Of a stretch of DNA of 64,000 nucleotides, positions 10,094 to 19,624 are shown one piece after another. This stretch comes from an uncultured Alteromonas sp. (GTDB lineage: Bacteria > Pseudomonadota > Gammaproteobacteria > Enterobacterales > Alteromonadaceae). Position 1 is the first letter of the stretch, and each line of letters starts with the position of its first letter. A program made the translations under genes and the position numbers. The notes beneath the pieces were generated by a model that worked only from the letters and a program-made list of their open reading frames with translations, had not been told where the DNA came from and searched no databases. Location of the stretch: NCBI GenBank assembly GCA_964454185.1, contig CAYVST010000003.1:2961-66960 (forward strand), read 5' to 3'.

Positions 10094-10828
10094 TCAACGC
10101 TCTGTAATACCGATGACACTGACTATACGCCCTGTCGCGCGTTTTCCTTGATGCGTTGCCAAGCGATGGGAGTAGAATTGCTCTTGCTCACAGTACGTAC
10201 ACAAATTGCTACTGACTACATCAGTTAACCCTAATGCATTTAACTGTGCTTTAGCAATTGCAGGTAAGTCTAAAAGGAACTTATTCGTTCGCGTAGTTTT
10301 TGCGAGTGCTTCTGGATACGCCGCAAAAACCTTGGCAAGCTGTTGGTCAACTTCATAGCAGCGCTGACAAATCGCGGGGCCAATCCATGCCGTAATGCTG
10401 CTTGGCGGCGCATTAAATTGTGAAATCGTATTAGCAATCACACCGCTTTCGAGTCCTTTCCAACCAGCGTGTACCGCAGCGACTTCTTTTCCCTCATTAT
10501 CACACAGCAGAATTGGCACACAGTCCGCCGTCATTACAGCACAAAAACATGCTGAAGATGAGGAATAGGCCGCATCTGCTGTGATTTCGACAGAAGGTAA
10601 CACCGTCACTTTGTTGGAATGAACTTGCTCAAGCCAAGTCAATTTTTCGTAATAAGGAAGCAGCGCTCTGTTTGCTTTTACTAGTAGCAAGTCATCGCCA
10701 ACATGCGCCCCAACATTAAGACCATCAAAGTCACCTGTGCTTACCCCGCCCTGCCGCGTACTGGTATATGCAACAATATGCTTTGGAATATTCCACTGTG
10801 GCGTAATGACCAAATTAGACGCAGACAT
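10094..10828 (-). CDS. pgeF: Peptidoglycan editing factor PgeF (YfiH)
   Basis: QVHS, TADCVP, HAGWKG, IGPAI motifs; rluD-yfiH-clpB synteny. Confidence 0.93.
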   Translation of the reverse strand: MSASNLVITPQWNIPKHIVAYTSTRQGGVSTGDFDGLNVGAHVGDDLLLVKANRALLPYYEKLTWLEQVHSNKVTVLPSVEITADAAYSSSSACFCAVMTADCVPILLCDNEGKEVAAVHAGWKGLESGVIANTISQFNAPPSSITAWIGPAICQRCYEVDQQLAKVFAAYPEALAKTTRTNKFLLDLPAIAKAQLNALGLTDVVSSNLCTYCEQEQFYSHRLATHQGKRATGRIVSVIGITER

Positions 10829-10832
10829 TCGA

Positions 10833-11816
10833 TTACAACATGTCCTGGGGATTGTCCTCAGTATCTTTTTTCACTGCCTTTAGCAATTGTTGCATATCTT
10901 CAGGCAGAGGTGCCTTCCAGGTCATCCACTCTTCTGTTTCAGGATGAAACAGTGATAGTTGTGCAGCGTGAAGCGCTTGTCTCTGGAACCCTCTCAGTGC
11001 CCCAATGAACTCTTCTGACGCGCCTTTCGGTAAGCGTGGACGCCCACCATAGACTTGGTCACCAAGTAATGGATGCTTGATATGCGCCATGTGCACACGT
11101 ATTTGGTGGGTTCGACCCGTTTCTAACTTCAAGCGTAAGTGCGTATAAGCTCGAAATTTTTCAATAACGCGAAAGTGGGTAACAGCAGGTTTGCCCATTT
11201 CACGCACGGCCATGTGAGTGCGTTTCGTTGCGTGTCTTCCAATAGGGGCATCAACAATACCACCAGCAACCATGGTTCCCAACGCCACCGCTTCATATTC
11301 ACGACTCATTTCTCGACGTTGCAACTGGTCAACCAAATGGGTTTGGGCAGGCACTGTTTTGGCCACTACCATTAAGCCAGTGGTATCTTTATCAAGTCTA
11401 TGAACGATACCAGCACGAGGTACCTTGTCGATTTCTGGAACGTGATTCAATAACGCGTTTAGTACCGTACCGCTTGGGTTACCGGCACCTGGGTGAACAA
11501 CAAGGTCTGCCGGCTTGTTGATCACTAAAATATGTTCGTCTTCATACACGATGTTAAGCGCAATATCCTGGGCTTCGCTCGTTACTTGAACATCCATTTC
11601 AGCTCGCACCGTAACCACTTCGTCCATTTCCATTTTATGACGAGGTACAGTAATAACTTCACCGTTTACCGCTACATTTCCCTCTTGAATCCAAATTTTT
11701 AACTTAGAACGTGAATATTCTGGGAACAAATCAGCTAAAACCTGATCTAAGCGTAGACCAAAATGCGCAGCTTCCGTTGAAGCTTCTAATTGTATTGTGT
11801 TGGGCGACTGTGTCAT
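10833..11816 (-). CDS. rluD: 23S rRNA pseudouridine synthase RluD
   Basis: S4 domain, HRLDKDTTG, GRTHQIRVH. Confidence 0.97.
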   Translation of the reverse strand: MTQSPNTIQLEASTEAAHFGLRLDQVLADLFPEYSRSKLKIWIQEGNVAVNGEVITVPRHKMEMDEVVTVRAEMDVQVTSEAQDIALNIVYEDEHILVINKPADLVVHPGAGNPSGTVLNALLNHVPEIDKVPRAGIVHRLDKDTTGLMVVAKTVPAQTHLVDQLQRREMSREYEAVALGTMVAGGIVDAPIGRHATKRTHMAVREMGKPAVTHFRVIEKFRAYTHLRLKLETGRTHQIRVHMAHIKHPLLGDQVYGGRPRLPKGASEEFIGALRGFQRQALHAAQLSLFHPETEEWMTWKAPLPEDMQQLLKAVKKDTEDNPQDML

Positions 11817-12001
11817 AACACCATTGATAACGTCTAAAAAAGAGTATTATAACAAGTATTCACGCTGTACACTGCCTTGTTTACGTTTTTGTATGGTTTT
11901 TCTCACCGTTAGTGCGTTAGAATGCAAACAAAGTGTTGTTGTTTAACACGTGAGCTTAGACAGCGAAGTATTAAACTGTTTAGCAGGAATCTAGAATTAT
12001 T

Positions 12002-12766
12002 ATGAAATCATTTCGTTTACTCGCACCAGTGCTCTTAGGTGCAGTGGTAACTGTCACCGGCTGTAGTTCTTCAGATAATGAGGAAAAGGCTGTATTAGCT
12101 AACATGGGTGCGCAGCAACTTTACGACAGCGCTAAACAAAGTATGGAAGTCGGTAATTTTTCTGCGGCTTCACAAACGTTGAGTGCGTTGGATTCACGTT
12201 ACCCCTTTGGCCCTCTCTCTCACCAAGTTCAATTGGACATGATTTATAGTTATTACAAATCAGGAAAAATTGACGAGACATTGGCAACTATCGACCGTTT
12301 TATCAGACTTAATCCAAATCACTCTGACGTAGACTATGCGTTTTATATGCGTGGCTTGACGAATATGGAGTCTGATAGCAACTTGTTCCAAGAGTTGATG
12401 AACATAGACCGCACTGACAGAGATCCAAGTAAATCTCGACAAGCGTTTGAAGACTTTCGTCGTTTAATTCAACAGTACCCAAATAGCAAATATGCTGCTG
12501 ATGCAAAACAGCGTATGGTCTACATTAAAGACCGCCTTGCTCGTTATGAAATTGCCATTGCACGTTTTTATATGAGAAGACAGGCATACGTTGCCGCAGC
12601 TAATCGTGGGCGCTATGTTATCGAGCATTTCCCAAATACAACGCAAGTTCAACAAGCACTAGAGATCATGGTGTCAAGCTATGAGCAGTTGGGCCTTGAT
12701 GAATTGCGCGAAAATGCGCTTAAAACGCTAAAACTAAATTATCCAGAAAGTGAATTTATTGGATAG
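12002..12766 (+). CDS. bamD: Outer membrane protein assembly factor BamD
   Basis: Lipobox VTGC, YPFGP, AAANR; divergent from rluD. Confidence 0.96.
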   Translation: MKSFRLLAPVLLGAVVTVTGCSSSDNEEKAVLANMGAQQLYDSAKQSMEVGNFSAASQTLSALDSRYPFGPLSHQVQLDMIYSYYKSGKIDETLATIDRFIRLNPNHSDVDYAFYMRGLTNMESDSNLFQELMNIDRTDRDPSKSRQAFEDFRRLIQQYPNSKYAADAKQRMVYIKDRLARYEIAIARFYMRRQAYVAAANRGRYVIEHFPNTTQVQQALEIMVSSYEQLGLDELRENALKTLKLNYPESEFIG

Positions 12767-12779
12767 TGAAGACCCAGAT

Positions 12780-12809
12780 AAAAAAACGCACCAAAAGGTG
12801 TGTTTTTTT
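12780..12809. terminator. Bidirectional terminator between bamD and chrR
   Basis: AAAAAAACGCACC-AAAA-GGTGTGTTTTTTT. Confidence 0.8.
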
Positions 12810-13539
12810 ATCTGAAAAATAAGTGGCTAAAGGGGTTAAGCAGCCGCGCTAGACCTGACGTAAAGTGTAATGGCTGGTCTACGATACTAAACACTAGGCA
12901 CCCTTCTTTTGTATCTGCTCGAGGCGTATGCGTTTTCTCGCCGTCCATGTATATGAAATCACCCGTATCATAATGGTTCAGACCATCACTGAATTCGCCG
13001 TCAATGACCAACGTATACTCAGTGCCTCTGTGAGTGTGCTCTGGTACGCTTCCGCCCTGTGCCATATAAATAAAGTTGGCAACACCTTGATTGCCTAATT
13101 CAACTGGCGCCTGCCACAGTTTACCAACCAAACTTGACCAGTTGCCGGTCTTTTGAATGTAGCGTTGCAGGGTTGAGGGCACAGCAAACTTACGACCGTC
13201 TAACTCAATGACCGTTTCACTTTTCTGCTCAGCTTGAGTCGGTGTGCCACCGTCAAAATAAAATTCGGACAGCGGAATATCTACACTAGGTGTAGCGGGG
13301 TCTCTTTCGTTGCTGTCTGTTATGCTGGACAGCATATCGCCAAAGGCAATGTTCGAATCGAACTCATCACCCACATCAGTCAACATCTCCGCTGCTAGCG
13401 ATTCAGTCTCAATTTCAACAAGCGTCCGGCATTTTGGGCACATGTCACAGTGCGCCGCTACCATAAGAGCAAGTGGTGGCGACAAGGTGCCCTGAACGAA
13501 ATCGCTTATTTGCTGTGACGTTGGATGAAACTTAATCAT
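12808..13539 (-). CDS. chrR: Anti-sigma factor ChrR
   Basis: N-terminal zinc anti-sigma motif HxxxCxxC (HCDMCPKC) and C-terminal cupin (PEHTHRGTE). Confidence 0.92.
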   Translation of the reverse strand: MIKFHPTSQQISDFVQGTLSPPLALMVAAHCDMCPKCRTLVEIETESLAAEMLTDVGDEFDSNIAFGDMLSSITDSNERDPATPSVDIPLSEFYFDGGTPTQAEQKSETVIELDGRKFAVPSTLQRYIQKTGNWSSLVGKLWQAPVELGNQGVANFIYMAQGGSVPEHTHRGTEYTLVIDGEFSDGLNHYDTGDFIYMDGEKTHTPRADTKEGCLVFSIVDQPLHFTSGLARLLNPFSHLFFR

Positions 13540-14143
13540 TATCGCTTAACATTACCTTTAAACGCTGTAGCGCGAGTCGAGTTCTAGATTTGACCGTACC
13601 TAACGGTATCGCCAATTCGTCTGCAACTTCTTGTTGAGATTTGCCATCAATATATATAGCTTCGACTACCGCTTTCTGTTTAACGGGCAGTGAATCGAAT
13701 AGATGCCCAATTTGCTCTAGCGTAACCTGCTCGTCAAGTGAAGTTTCATTTTGGTCGGGTGTTTGCTCGCACAAAACAGGCCATAAGTCGTCTGAACAAA
13801 CGTCTTCTTTCCTATTTTGAAGCTTTCTCAACATATCGAAGCGAATGTTACGTGCAATAGTAAAAATCCATGTGGAAGGAGAACCCTTCTCGGCATTGAA
13901 CAAGTGCGCTTTCTGCCATACGTTCGACATCGTGTCTTGAACCAATTCCATGGCCAGCGCTTCGTTGCCCATCTGTTTTAGCGCGTACGAACGAAGGCGA
14001 GGTGCGAAGTAATTAAAAACACTTGCGAATGAACGCTTGCACCGGTCATTTGCTACCGCTACGAGGAAATCAGACATCTCAGTAGCACAATCTTTTGGTT
14101 TGATCGTGCTGTTACTTTGTTCCAGAGGAATTCCAACTAACAT
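13532..14143 (-). CDS. ECF sigma factor, ChrR-associated (singlet-oxygen RpoE)
   Basis: sigma70 regions 2 and 4 (WIFTIARN, PLGTVKSR); overlaps the chrR start. Confidence 0.92.
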   Translation of the reverse strand: MLVGIPLEQSNSTIKPKDCATEMSDFLVAVANDRCKRSFASVFNYFAPRLRSYALKQMGNEALAMELVQDTMSNVWQKAHLFNAEKGSPSTWIFTIARNIRFDMLRKLQNRKEDVCSDDLWPVLCEQTPDQNETSLDEQVTLEQIGHLFDSLPVKQKAVVEAIYIDGKSQQEVADELAIPLGTVKSRTRLALQRLKVMLSDND

Positions 14144-14265
14144 ACTTTAGTCCGCCTTTGCGTTTTGATATTGCTATTCTATGGCGATATGGCTTTGTTT
14201 GCCTGACTAATTCAATTACGTTTTTGTAATACTGAGCAACTTCCAAAAATTTAACTTGACTTGGA

Positions 14266-14841
14266 TTAAGCTATAAGCGCTGACAAATAGTGCAGCAACC
14301 CTGTACATTCTTTCTGTTCGAGAAAATGTTGCTTTTGCGCTCCGTCAACGGGAAGCAATTCCAGCCATCTATTTAGAACCCAATTAGGGCATTCGAATTT
14401 TGGCGCATCATATAGCGATGCAAGCTCTTCGTAATCACTGAATATTTCTTTAAGTCGCTCGTCCATAGGTGCGAGTTGTTGAGGTGCTAATGCACAATCC
14501 CATTGCTCAATGGTACGACATTGACCTGTCCTCAATCCATCTTGCGCTGTTTCTATATGAGACACTTCAACAAGGTGTGAACCAGCAACCTTTATGCCAA
14601 GCAGTCCATCATCCAGCATATCGAAGTCAACGACATGCGCCATTGTCCCTATTTTGTGGATATGTTTGTTTGTCTCTTTGTCGCCGTTTGCATCGAGCAT
14701 ACACATGACAAAGCCTTTGTTTTCAGCACACGCCTCCTTGACCATTCGCGTGTAGCGAGGTTCAAAAATGCGTAAGGCCATCCGCCCCTCGGGCAATAGA
14801 TGGGCTGACAATGGGAATAAGGGATAACGTTCTTCTCTCAT
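14266..14841 (-). CDS. LON peptidase N-terminal substrate-binding domain protein
   Basis: PLFPL...LRIFEPRY motif; probable start ATG 14841 (MREERY). Confidence 0.88.
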   Translation of the reverse strand: MREERYPLFPLSAHLLPEGRMALRIFEPRYTRMVKEACAENKGFVMCMLDANGDKETNKHIHKIGTMAHVVDFDMLDDGLLGIKVAGSHLVEVSHIETAQDGLRTGQCRTIEQWDCALAPQQLAPMDERLKEIFSDYEELASLYDAPKFECPNWVLNRWLELLPVDGAQKQHFLEQKECTGLLHYLSALIA

Positions 14842-14871
14842 AAAATACACTTCCGAAAACACAACCCTATT

Positions 14872-14897
14872 TACGCAAGTGGGTACAAATTGGATCG
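14872..14897 (-). promoter_or_regulatory. sigmaE-ChrR-type promoter for the LON-N/rpoE/chrR operon
   Basis: Minus strand CGATCC-N16-CGTA (consensus TGATCC-N16-CGTA). Confidence 0.7.
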
Positions 14898-14934
14898 AAT
14901 GTGAAAATTTTTCACACTCGTACTCAATAAAACG

Positions 14935-14960
14935 TGATCTCTTCTGCAATTAGGGCTGTA
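14935..14960 (+). promoter_or_regulatory. sigmaE-ChrR-type promoter for the SnoaL-cfa operon
   Basis: TGATCT-N16-TGTA. Confidence 0.6.
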
Positions 14961-15115
14961 ATTTAATATCAATCCAAAAATGAAATAGTTAAATCAAATA
15001 CTTGCAGAGAGCGCAAAAAAGCAACAACCTATGAAATTAAGACGAAAACATTGGTGCTCAACGAAAGTGCTTACATTAAATTTCCTTTTTTGTCGCTTTA
15101 ACTGAGGAGAGTGCG

Positions 15116-15547
15116 ATGGATGTAATCGAGCGATTTTGTAAAATTTACACGGATATTTGTCAAATATCCCCAGAGGACCTTTCATCGATATACTCAGACA
15201 ACGTGCTTTTTATCGACCCAATAACGTCACACCATGGACTTGCGGAAGTAAAAGGATATTTTAACAATCTGCTGACTCAGGCCAAAAGTTGTAAATTTGA
15301 CATCGCGCATATTTTGTCCTGTGGTCCCAATGATTCTCACGTTACTCACATTGCAAATTGGACAATGAAGCTTACTCTCAATAAGAGTGACAAATTGATA
15401 ACACTTGATGGCACCACACAACTTGGCATCAAAGACGACATTATTGTTTACCACAAAGATTACTATGATGTGGGCGAAATGGTTTACGAACACGTACCCC
15501 TTTTAGGTTTTGTAATTAAAAAGATAAAAAGTAGGCTCGCGTCGTGA
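15116..15547 (+). CDS. SnoaL/NTF2-like protein
   Basis: FIDP...HKDYYD..EMVYEHVP pattern; RBS GAGGAG. Confidence 0.85.
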   Translation: MDVIERFCKIYTDICQISPEDLSSIYSDNVLFIDPITSHHGLAEVKGYFNNLLTQAKSCKFDIAHILSCGPNDSHVTHIANWTMKLTLNKSDKLITLDGTTQLGIKDDIIVYHKDYYDVGEMVYEHVPLLGFVIKKIKSRLAS

Positions 15548-16263
15548 AGAGAATTTTAATAACAGGTGCAACATCAGGTATTGGTAGAGCGTTGGCTGAG
15601 TATGCAGCAAGCTGCAATTATCAAGTAATAGCATGCGGAAGAAATAAAGACGCGCTGGACACACTTGGTAAACATGCCAACATTGAAACTTGCCGATTCG
15701 ACGTGACATCACTTGAAGATACGCGGAGCGCGTTACAAAGCATCGAATGCGACATTGCTGTGCTAAATGCCGGTACATGTGAATATGTTGACGTTGATGA
15801 TTTCGAACCTGATATGTTTAGACGCGTTTTTGAGCCTAATTTTTTTGGCGTTATTAATTGCGTGGATGCATTGTTACCCAAAATGAAACAGGGAAGTAAA
15901 ATTGTCATTGTTGACAGCATGGCTAGGTTACTTCCTTTTACTCGCTCACAAGCCTACGGAGCAAGTAAAGCGGCATTGCACTATTTTACAAAGTCACTAG
16001 AAGTGGACCTACACCACAAGGGAGTCCATGTCCAAGCAGTTTCTCCTGGTTTCGTTGAAACACCATTGACAGACAAAAATGACTTTGAAATGCCAATGAA
16101 AATATCCTCTGTAGATGCAGCAAAGGCGATGCTGAAAGGCATTGAAAGCGCTAAGCAAACTGTCTTTTTCCCACGGGTATTTGGGCTTATTTTAAGACTG
16201 ATGAATATCTTGCCCACACCGGTAAAAAAACGATTGTCTTTGGCAATGAGAGAAGAGAAATAA
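15544..16263 (+). CDS. Short-chain dehydrogenase/reductase
   Basis: TGATSGIG, NAG, YGASK motifs; GTGA overlap with the upstream gene. Confidence 0.92.
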   Translation: MKRILITGATSGIGRALAEYAASCNYQVIACGRNKDALDTLGKHANIETCRFDVTSLEDTRSALQSIECDIAVLNAGTCEYVDVDDFEPDMFRRVFEPNFFGVINCVDALLPKMKQGSKIVIVDSMARLLPFTRSQAYGASKAALHYFTKSLEVDLHHKGVHVQAVSPGFVETPLTDKNDFEMPMKISSVDAAKAMLKGIESAKQTVFFPRVFGLILRLMNILPTPVKKRLSLAMREEK

Positions 16264-16274
16264 GAGAATAACGA

Positions 16275-17540
16275 ATGACAAAAGATATAGCCATTGTTGG
16301 AACAGGCATCTCAGGTTTAACAAGCGCGTACTTACTAAACAAAAAACACAATATCACCGTTTATGAAGCTAACGACTATATTGGTGGGCACACAGCAACG
16401 AAGCAAATTGAAGATAACGGTCAAACCCACAATATCGACACTGGTTTCATTGTTTTTAACGACTGGACTTATCCCAATTTTATAAAGCTAATGACAACGC
16501 TTGGCGTCGACTATCAGCCAACAGAAATGAGCTTTTCAGTTACCAGCGAAAAAGCAAACTTAGAATACAACGGCAATAATCTAAATAGCTTATTTGCACA
16601 GCGAAGAAATATTTTCAGACCGCGTTTCTGGCGAATCGTGCGAGACATCTTAAAGTTTAACAAAGCCTGCAAAAAAATGGTCGCTGACAAAAGGGATACG
16701 TCATCGCTTACATTAGAAGATATTATCGCAGAATTAAAGTTAAGCGATGATTTTGCTCGCTATTACATATTGCCGATGTGTGCGGCTATATGGTCGAGCA
16801 GCTTAGAACAAACTCGACGATTCCCACTAACGTTTTTTCTCCAATTCTTTAATAACCATGGCTTACTTAACATCACAGACCGACCTCAGTGGTACACAAT
16901 AAAGGGAGGGTCAAGTCAGTACATAGGTCCACTTGTCTCTGAATTTGAATCAAAAATAAAACTGTCGACGGGTGTAGAATCAGTGTGTAGACAAGGTGAC
17001 AAATGGAAAGTCATTGACTCGCAGAACAACAGCGCTTTGTACGATGATGTCGTATTTGCTTGCCATAGCGACCAAGCATTAAAGATGATTGACGCTCCTT
17101 CAGAGGCCCATACAGCTGTACTTGGTAATATTCCTTACGCCAGTAATGATGTAGTTATGCACAAAGACGTTGGCCAGCTGCCGAAGCGAACGCTTGCATG
17201 GGCTAGTTGGAACTATCGGCTTAAAGAGGATGAAAGTGAGGAAATGCGACCTGCATCAGTAACGTATAACATGAACATATTACAACGCTTTGATGTTCAG
17301 AATACTTATTGCGTAACACTAAACAATACATCCGCTATTTTACCGTCGAGCATCCTCGGGAAATATCACTATGCACACCCTCAATACAGTGCAGATATGG
17401 TTAAAGCGCAACAACAGCGCAGCACTATTTGCGGTGTAGACAACCTACATTTTTGCGGAGCGTACTGGTACAACGGGTTTCACGAGGACGGCGTTCGTAG
17501 CGCCTTAGATGTTTGCGAACGATTTGGGGAATCCTTGTGA
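16275..17540 (+). CDS. FAD-dependent oxidoreductase (RSP1091/UfaD-like)
   Basis: GTGISG, DTGFIVFN, GFHEDG; context with DUF1365 and cfa. Confidence 0.88.
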   Translation: MTKDIAIVGTGISGLTSAYLLNKKHNITVYEANDYIGGHTATKQIEDNGQTHNIDTGFIVFNDWTYPNFIKLMTTLGVDYQPTEMSFSVTSEKANLEYNGNNLNSLFAQRRNIFRPRFWRIVRDILKFNKACKKMVADKRDTSSLTLEDIIAELKLSDDFARYYILPMCAAIWSSSLEQTRRFPLTFFLQFFNNHGLLNITDRPQWYTIKGGSSQYIGPLVSEFESKIKLSTGVESVCRQGDKWKVIDSQNNSALYDDVVFACHSDQALKMIDAPSEAHTAVLGNIPYASNDVVMHKDVGQLPKRTLAWASWNYRLKEDESEEMRPASVTYNMNILQRFDVQNTYCVTLNNTSAILPSSILGKYHYAHPQYSADMVKAQQQRSTICGVDNLHFCGAYWYNGFHEDGVRSALDVCERFGESL

Positions 17541-18280
17541 TTGAGAGTGCCATATATCGGGGAAAAGTCTACCATCAACGGTTTAAGCCCACACAGCACA
17601 AGTTTGACTATGACATATATCTGTTTTGGCTGAAGCTGTCAGAGCATGAATTAAAGACCTTAGACAACACCTTATCGCATTTTTCAACACAGAGAAAAGC
17701 CAGAGCGCGTTTTAGGCGCTCTGACTATCTTGGTGATGAAAATATCCCCTTGGCACAAGCAGTATTAGACAAGATGCAATCACTTAATGGCGGCGTAGCC
17801 CTTCACGGCGATGTGTTTATGCTCGGCCAGCTGAGGATGTGGGGCCTTTACTTCAGCCCAGTAAACTTTTACTACCTGCGCGATATCGATGGCACCTTCA
17901 CACACATGCTGGCAGAAGTGAGCAACACTCCGTGGAACGAGCGCCACCACTACTTAGTTGATTTATCAACACAAAGCCATACGCAAAAAACGTTTCATGT
18001 GTCGCCATTCAACCCCATGGATATGACATATCATTGGCGCATTTCACAACCAGACAATAGACTATCGTTAACAATGGACTGCGTGCGAGACGACAAAGAA
18101 TTCAGTGCTGGCATAAGCCTAACAAGATTTAAATTGGACAACACGAATCTATCCGACGCAATGAAACGTATACCAAGCATGACAATAAAAACAGTGGCCG
18201 GGATATATTGGCAGGCGCTCAAGTTATTCCTTAAACGAACCCCACTGTATACACATCCAGAAAAAAGTCAGGAACAATAA
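17537..18280 (+). CDS. DUF1365 protein (RSP1090/UfaO-like)
   Basis: FSPVNFYY, AEVSNTPW, FHVSPF, IYWQAL; GTGA-coupled start at 17537. Confidence 0.88.
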   Translation: MIESAIYRGKVYHQRFKPTQHKFDYDIYLFWLKLSEHELKTLDNTLSHFSTQRKARARFRRSDYLGDENIPLAQAVLDKMQSLNGGVALHGDVFMLGQLRMWGLYFSPVNFYYLRDIDGTFTHMLAEVSNTPWNERHHYLVDLSTQSHTQKTFHVSPFNPMDMTYHWRISQPDNRLSLTMDCVRDDKEFSAGISLTRFKLDNTNLSDAMKRIPSMTIKTVAGIYWQALKLFLKRTPLYTHPEKSQEQ

Positions 18281-18282
18281 CA

Positions 18283-19536
18283 ATGTCTTTCGGTGAATCT
18301 GTACTACTAACGACTTCAGAAGTTTCATTTATTGATAAAACCTGCAGAACACTTTTTTTGAAGTGTCTGAAGCAACTTCCTTTCGGAAACCTCACAATTC
18401 AAGAGCGCGGTGATGTTATAGCGCGTTTTGGCAACCCTAACGATGATCTGTCCGCTACGGTAAATATAAAAGATGTGAGTGCTTACCGTCGTTTATTGCT
18501 AGGGGGAAGTGTAGGCGCAGGCGAAGCGTTTATGGACGATTTATGGGATAGCCATGATGTGACCGCTGTTGTGCGCGTCTTTGCTCGAAACCTGCCAACG
18601 CTTGACGAGTGGGAAAGTAAGTTTAAATGGCTTTCAATGCCAATAAACAAACTGCAACACTTTGCGCGACGCAATACGCGAGAACAAGCAAAGAAAAATA
18701 TTGAAGCGCATTACGATTTGGGCAACAAGCTCTACACGCGTTTCCTTGACCCTACAATGATGTATTCGTCGGCCATTTATCCAGATGTAAATAGTTCGCT
18801 CAACGAAGCGCAGAACTTCAAGTTGAAGAGCATTTGCGACAAGCTTCAGTTAAAAGCGTCTGACCACCTTATTGAAATTGGCACTGGCTGGGGCGGACTG
18901 GCGGTTTTTGCTGCCAAACACTACGGCTGTAAGGTGACAACAACGACCATTTCAGAAGAGCAGCATGCATGGGCACAAGCGTGGATTGCCAAAGAAAATC
19001 TATCTGACAAGATCACGCTACTTAAAAAAGACTACCGTTTACTAGAAGGAAAGTACGACAAGCTTGTCTCCATCGAAATGATTGAAGCTGTGGGTAAGCA
19101 ATTTTTGGGTAACTTTTTTGAAAAATGCTCATCGCTTCTCAAAGATAATGGGCTAATGCTACTGCAATCTATCACCATTGACGACCGCCGCTACGACAGC
19201 TATTCGAATAGTGTTGATTTCATCCAGAAATATATATTCCCTGGTGGATTTCTACCATCTCAGTATCAATTGAATGCGCATCTTAAAAAACACACCAATA
19301 TGATGATAAGAGACCTTCATGACATTGGTATTGACTATGCAATGACCCTTAATCATTGGTATGAAGCATTCATTTCTGCCAAGGATGAACTTATGAAAGA
19401 CGGTTATGACGAACGCTTTATGCGAATGTGGACATACTACCTCAAGTATTGCGAGGGCGGCTTTTTAGAGCGTACCATCAGTACTGTGCAGTTAGTGATA
19501 TCTAAGCCTCAATATCGAGAGCTCCCTACTAGATAG
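18283..19536 (+). CDS. cfa: Cfa-family SAM-dependent fatty acid methyltransferase (UfaM/CfaS-like)
   Basis: HYDLGN, EIGTGWG, SIEMIEAVG, YIFPGG, YCEGGF. Confidence 0.9.
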   Translation: MSFGESVLLTTSEVSFIDKTCRTLFLKCLKQLPFGNLTIQERGDVIARFGNPNDDLSATVNIKDVSAYRRLLLGGSVGAGEAFMDDLWDSHDVTAVVRVFARNLPTLDEWESKFKWLSMPINKLQHFARRNTREQAKKNIEAHYDLGNKLYTRFLDPTMMYSSAIYPDVNSSLNEAQNFKLKSICDKLQLKASDHLIEIGTGWGGLAVFAAKHYGCKVTTTTISEEQHAWAQAWIAKENLSDKITLLKKDYRLLEGKYDKLVSIEMIEAVGKQFLGNFFEKCSSLLKDNGLMLLQSITIDDRRYDSYSNSVDFIQKYIFPGGFLPSQYQLNAHLKKHTNMMIRDLHDIGIDYAMTLNHWYEAFISAKDELMKDGYDERFMRMWTYYLKYCEGGFLERTISTVQLVISKPQYRELPTR

Positions 19537-19572
19537 TGTCTAAAACAAGTCCGAATTAAATTAGGGGCACGA

Positions 19573-19605
19573 AAAAGGCGCAGTGAATAATACAATGCGC
19601 CTTTT
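19573..19605. terminator. Bidirectional terminator between cfa and pomB
   Basis: AAAAGGCGCA...TGCGCCTTTT. Confidence 0.75.
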
Positions 19606-19624
19606 CTTTTGTCGCTAGATTGTC

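Noticed and set aside
14214-14244. GGAAGTT…CGTAA on the minus strand upstream of the ECF sigma gene
   Set aside because: It mixes -35 and -10 elements of two ECF classes and fits neither consensus.
14842-14949. N-terminal extension of the LON-domain ORF
   Set aside because: It overlaps the predicted promoters, and domain similarity starts at MREERY.
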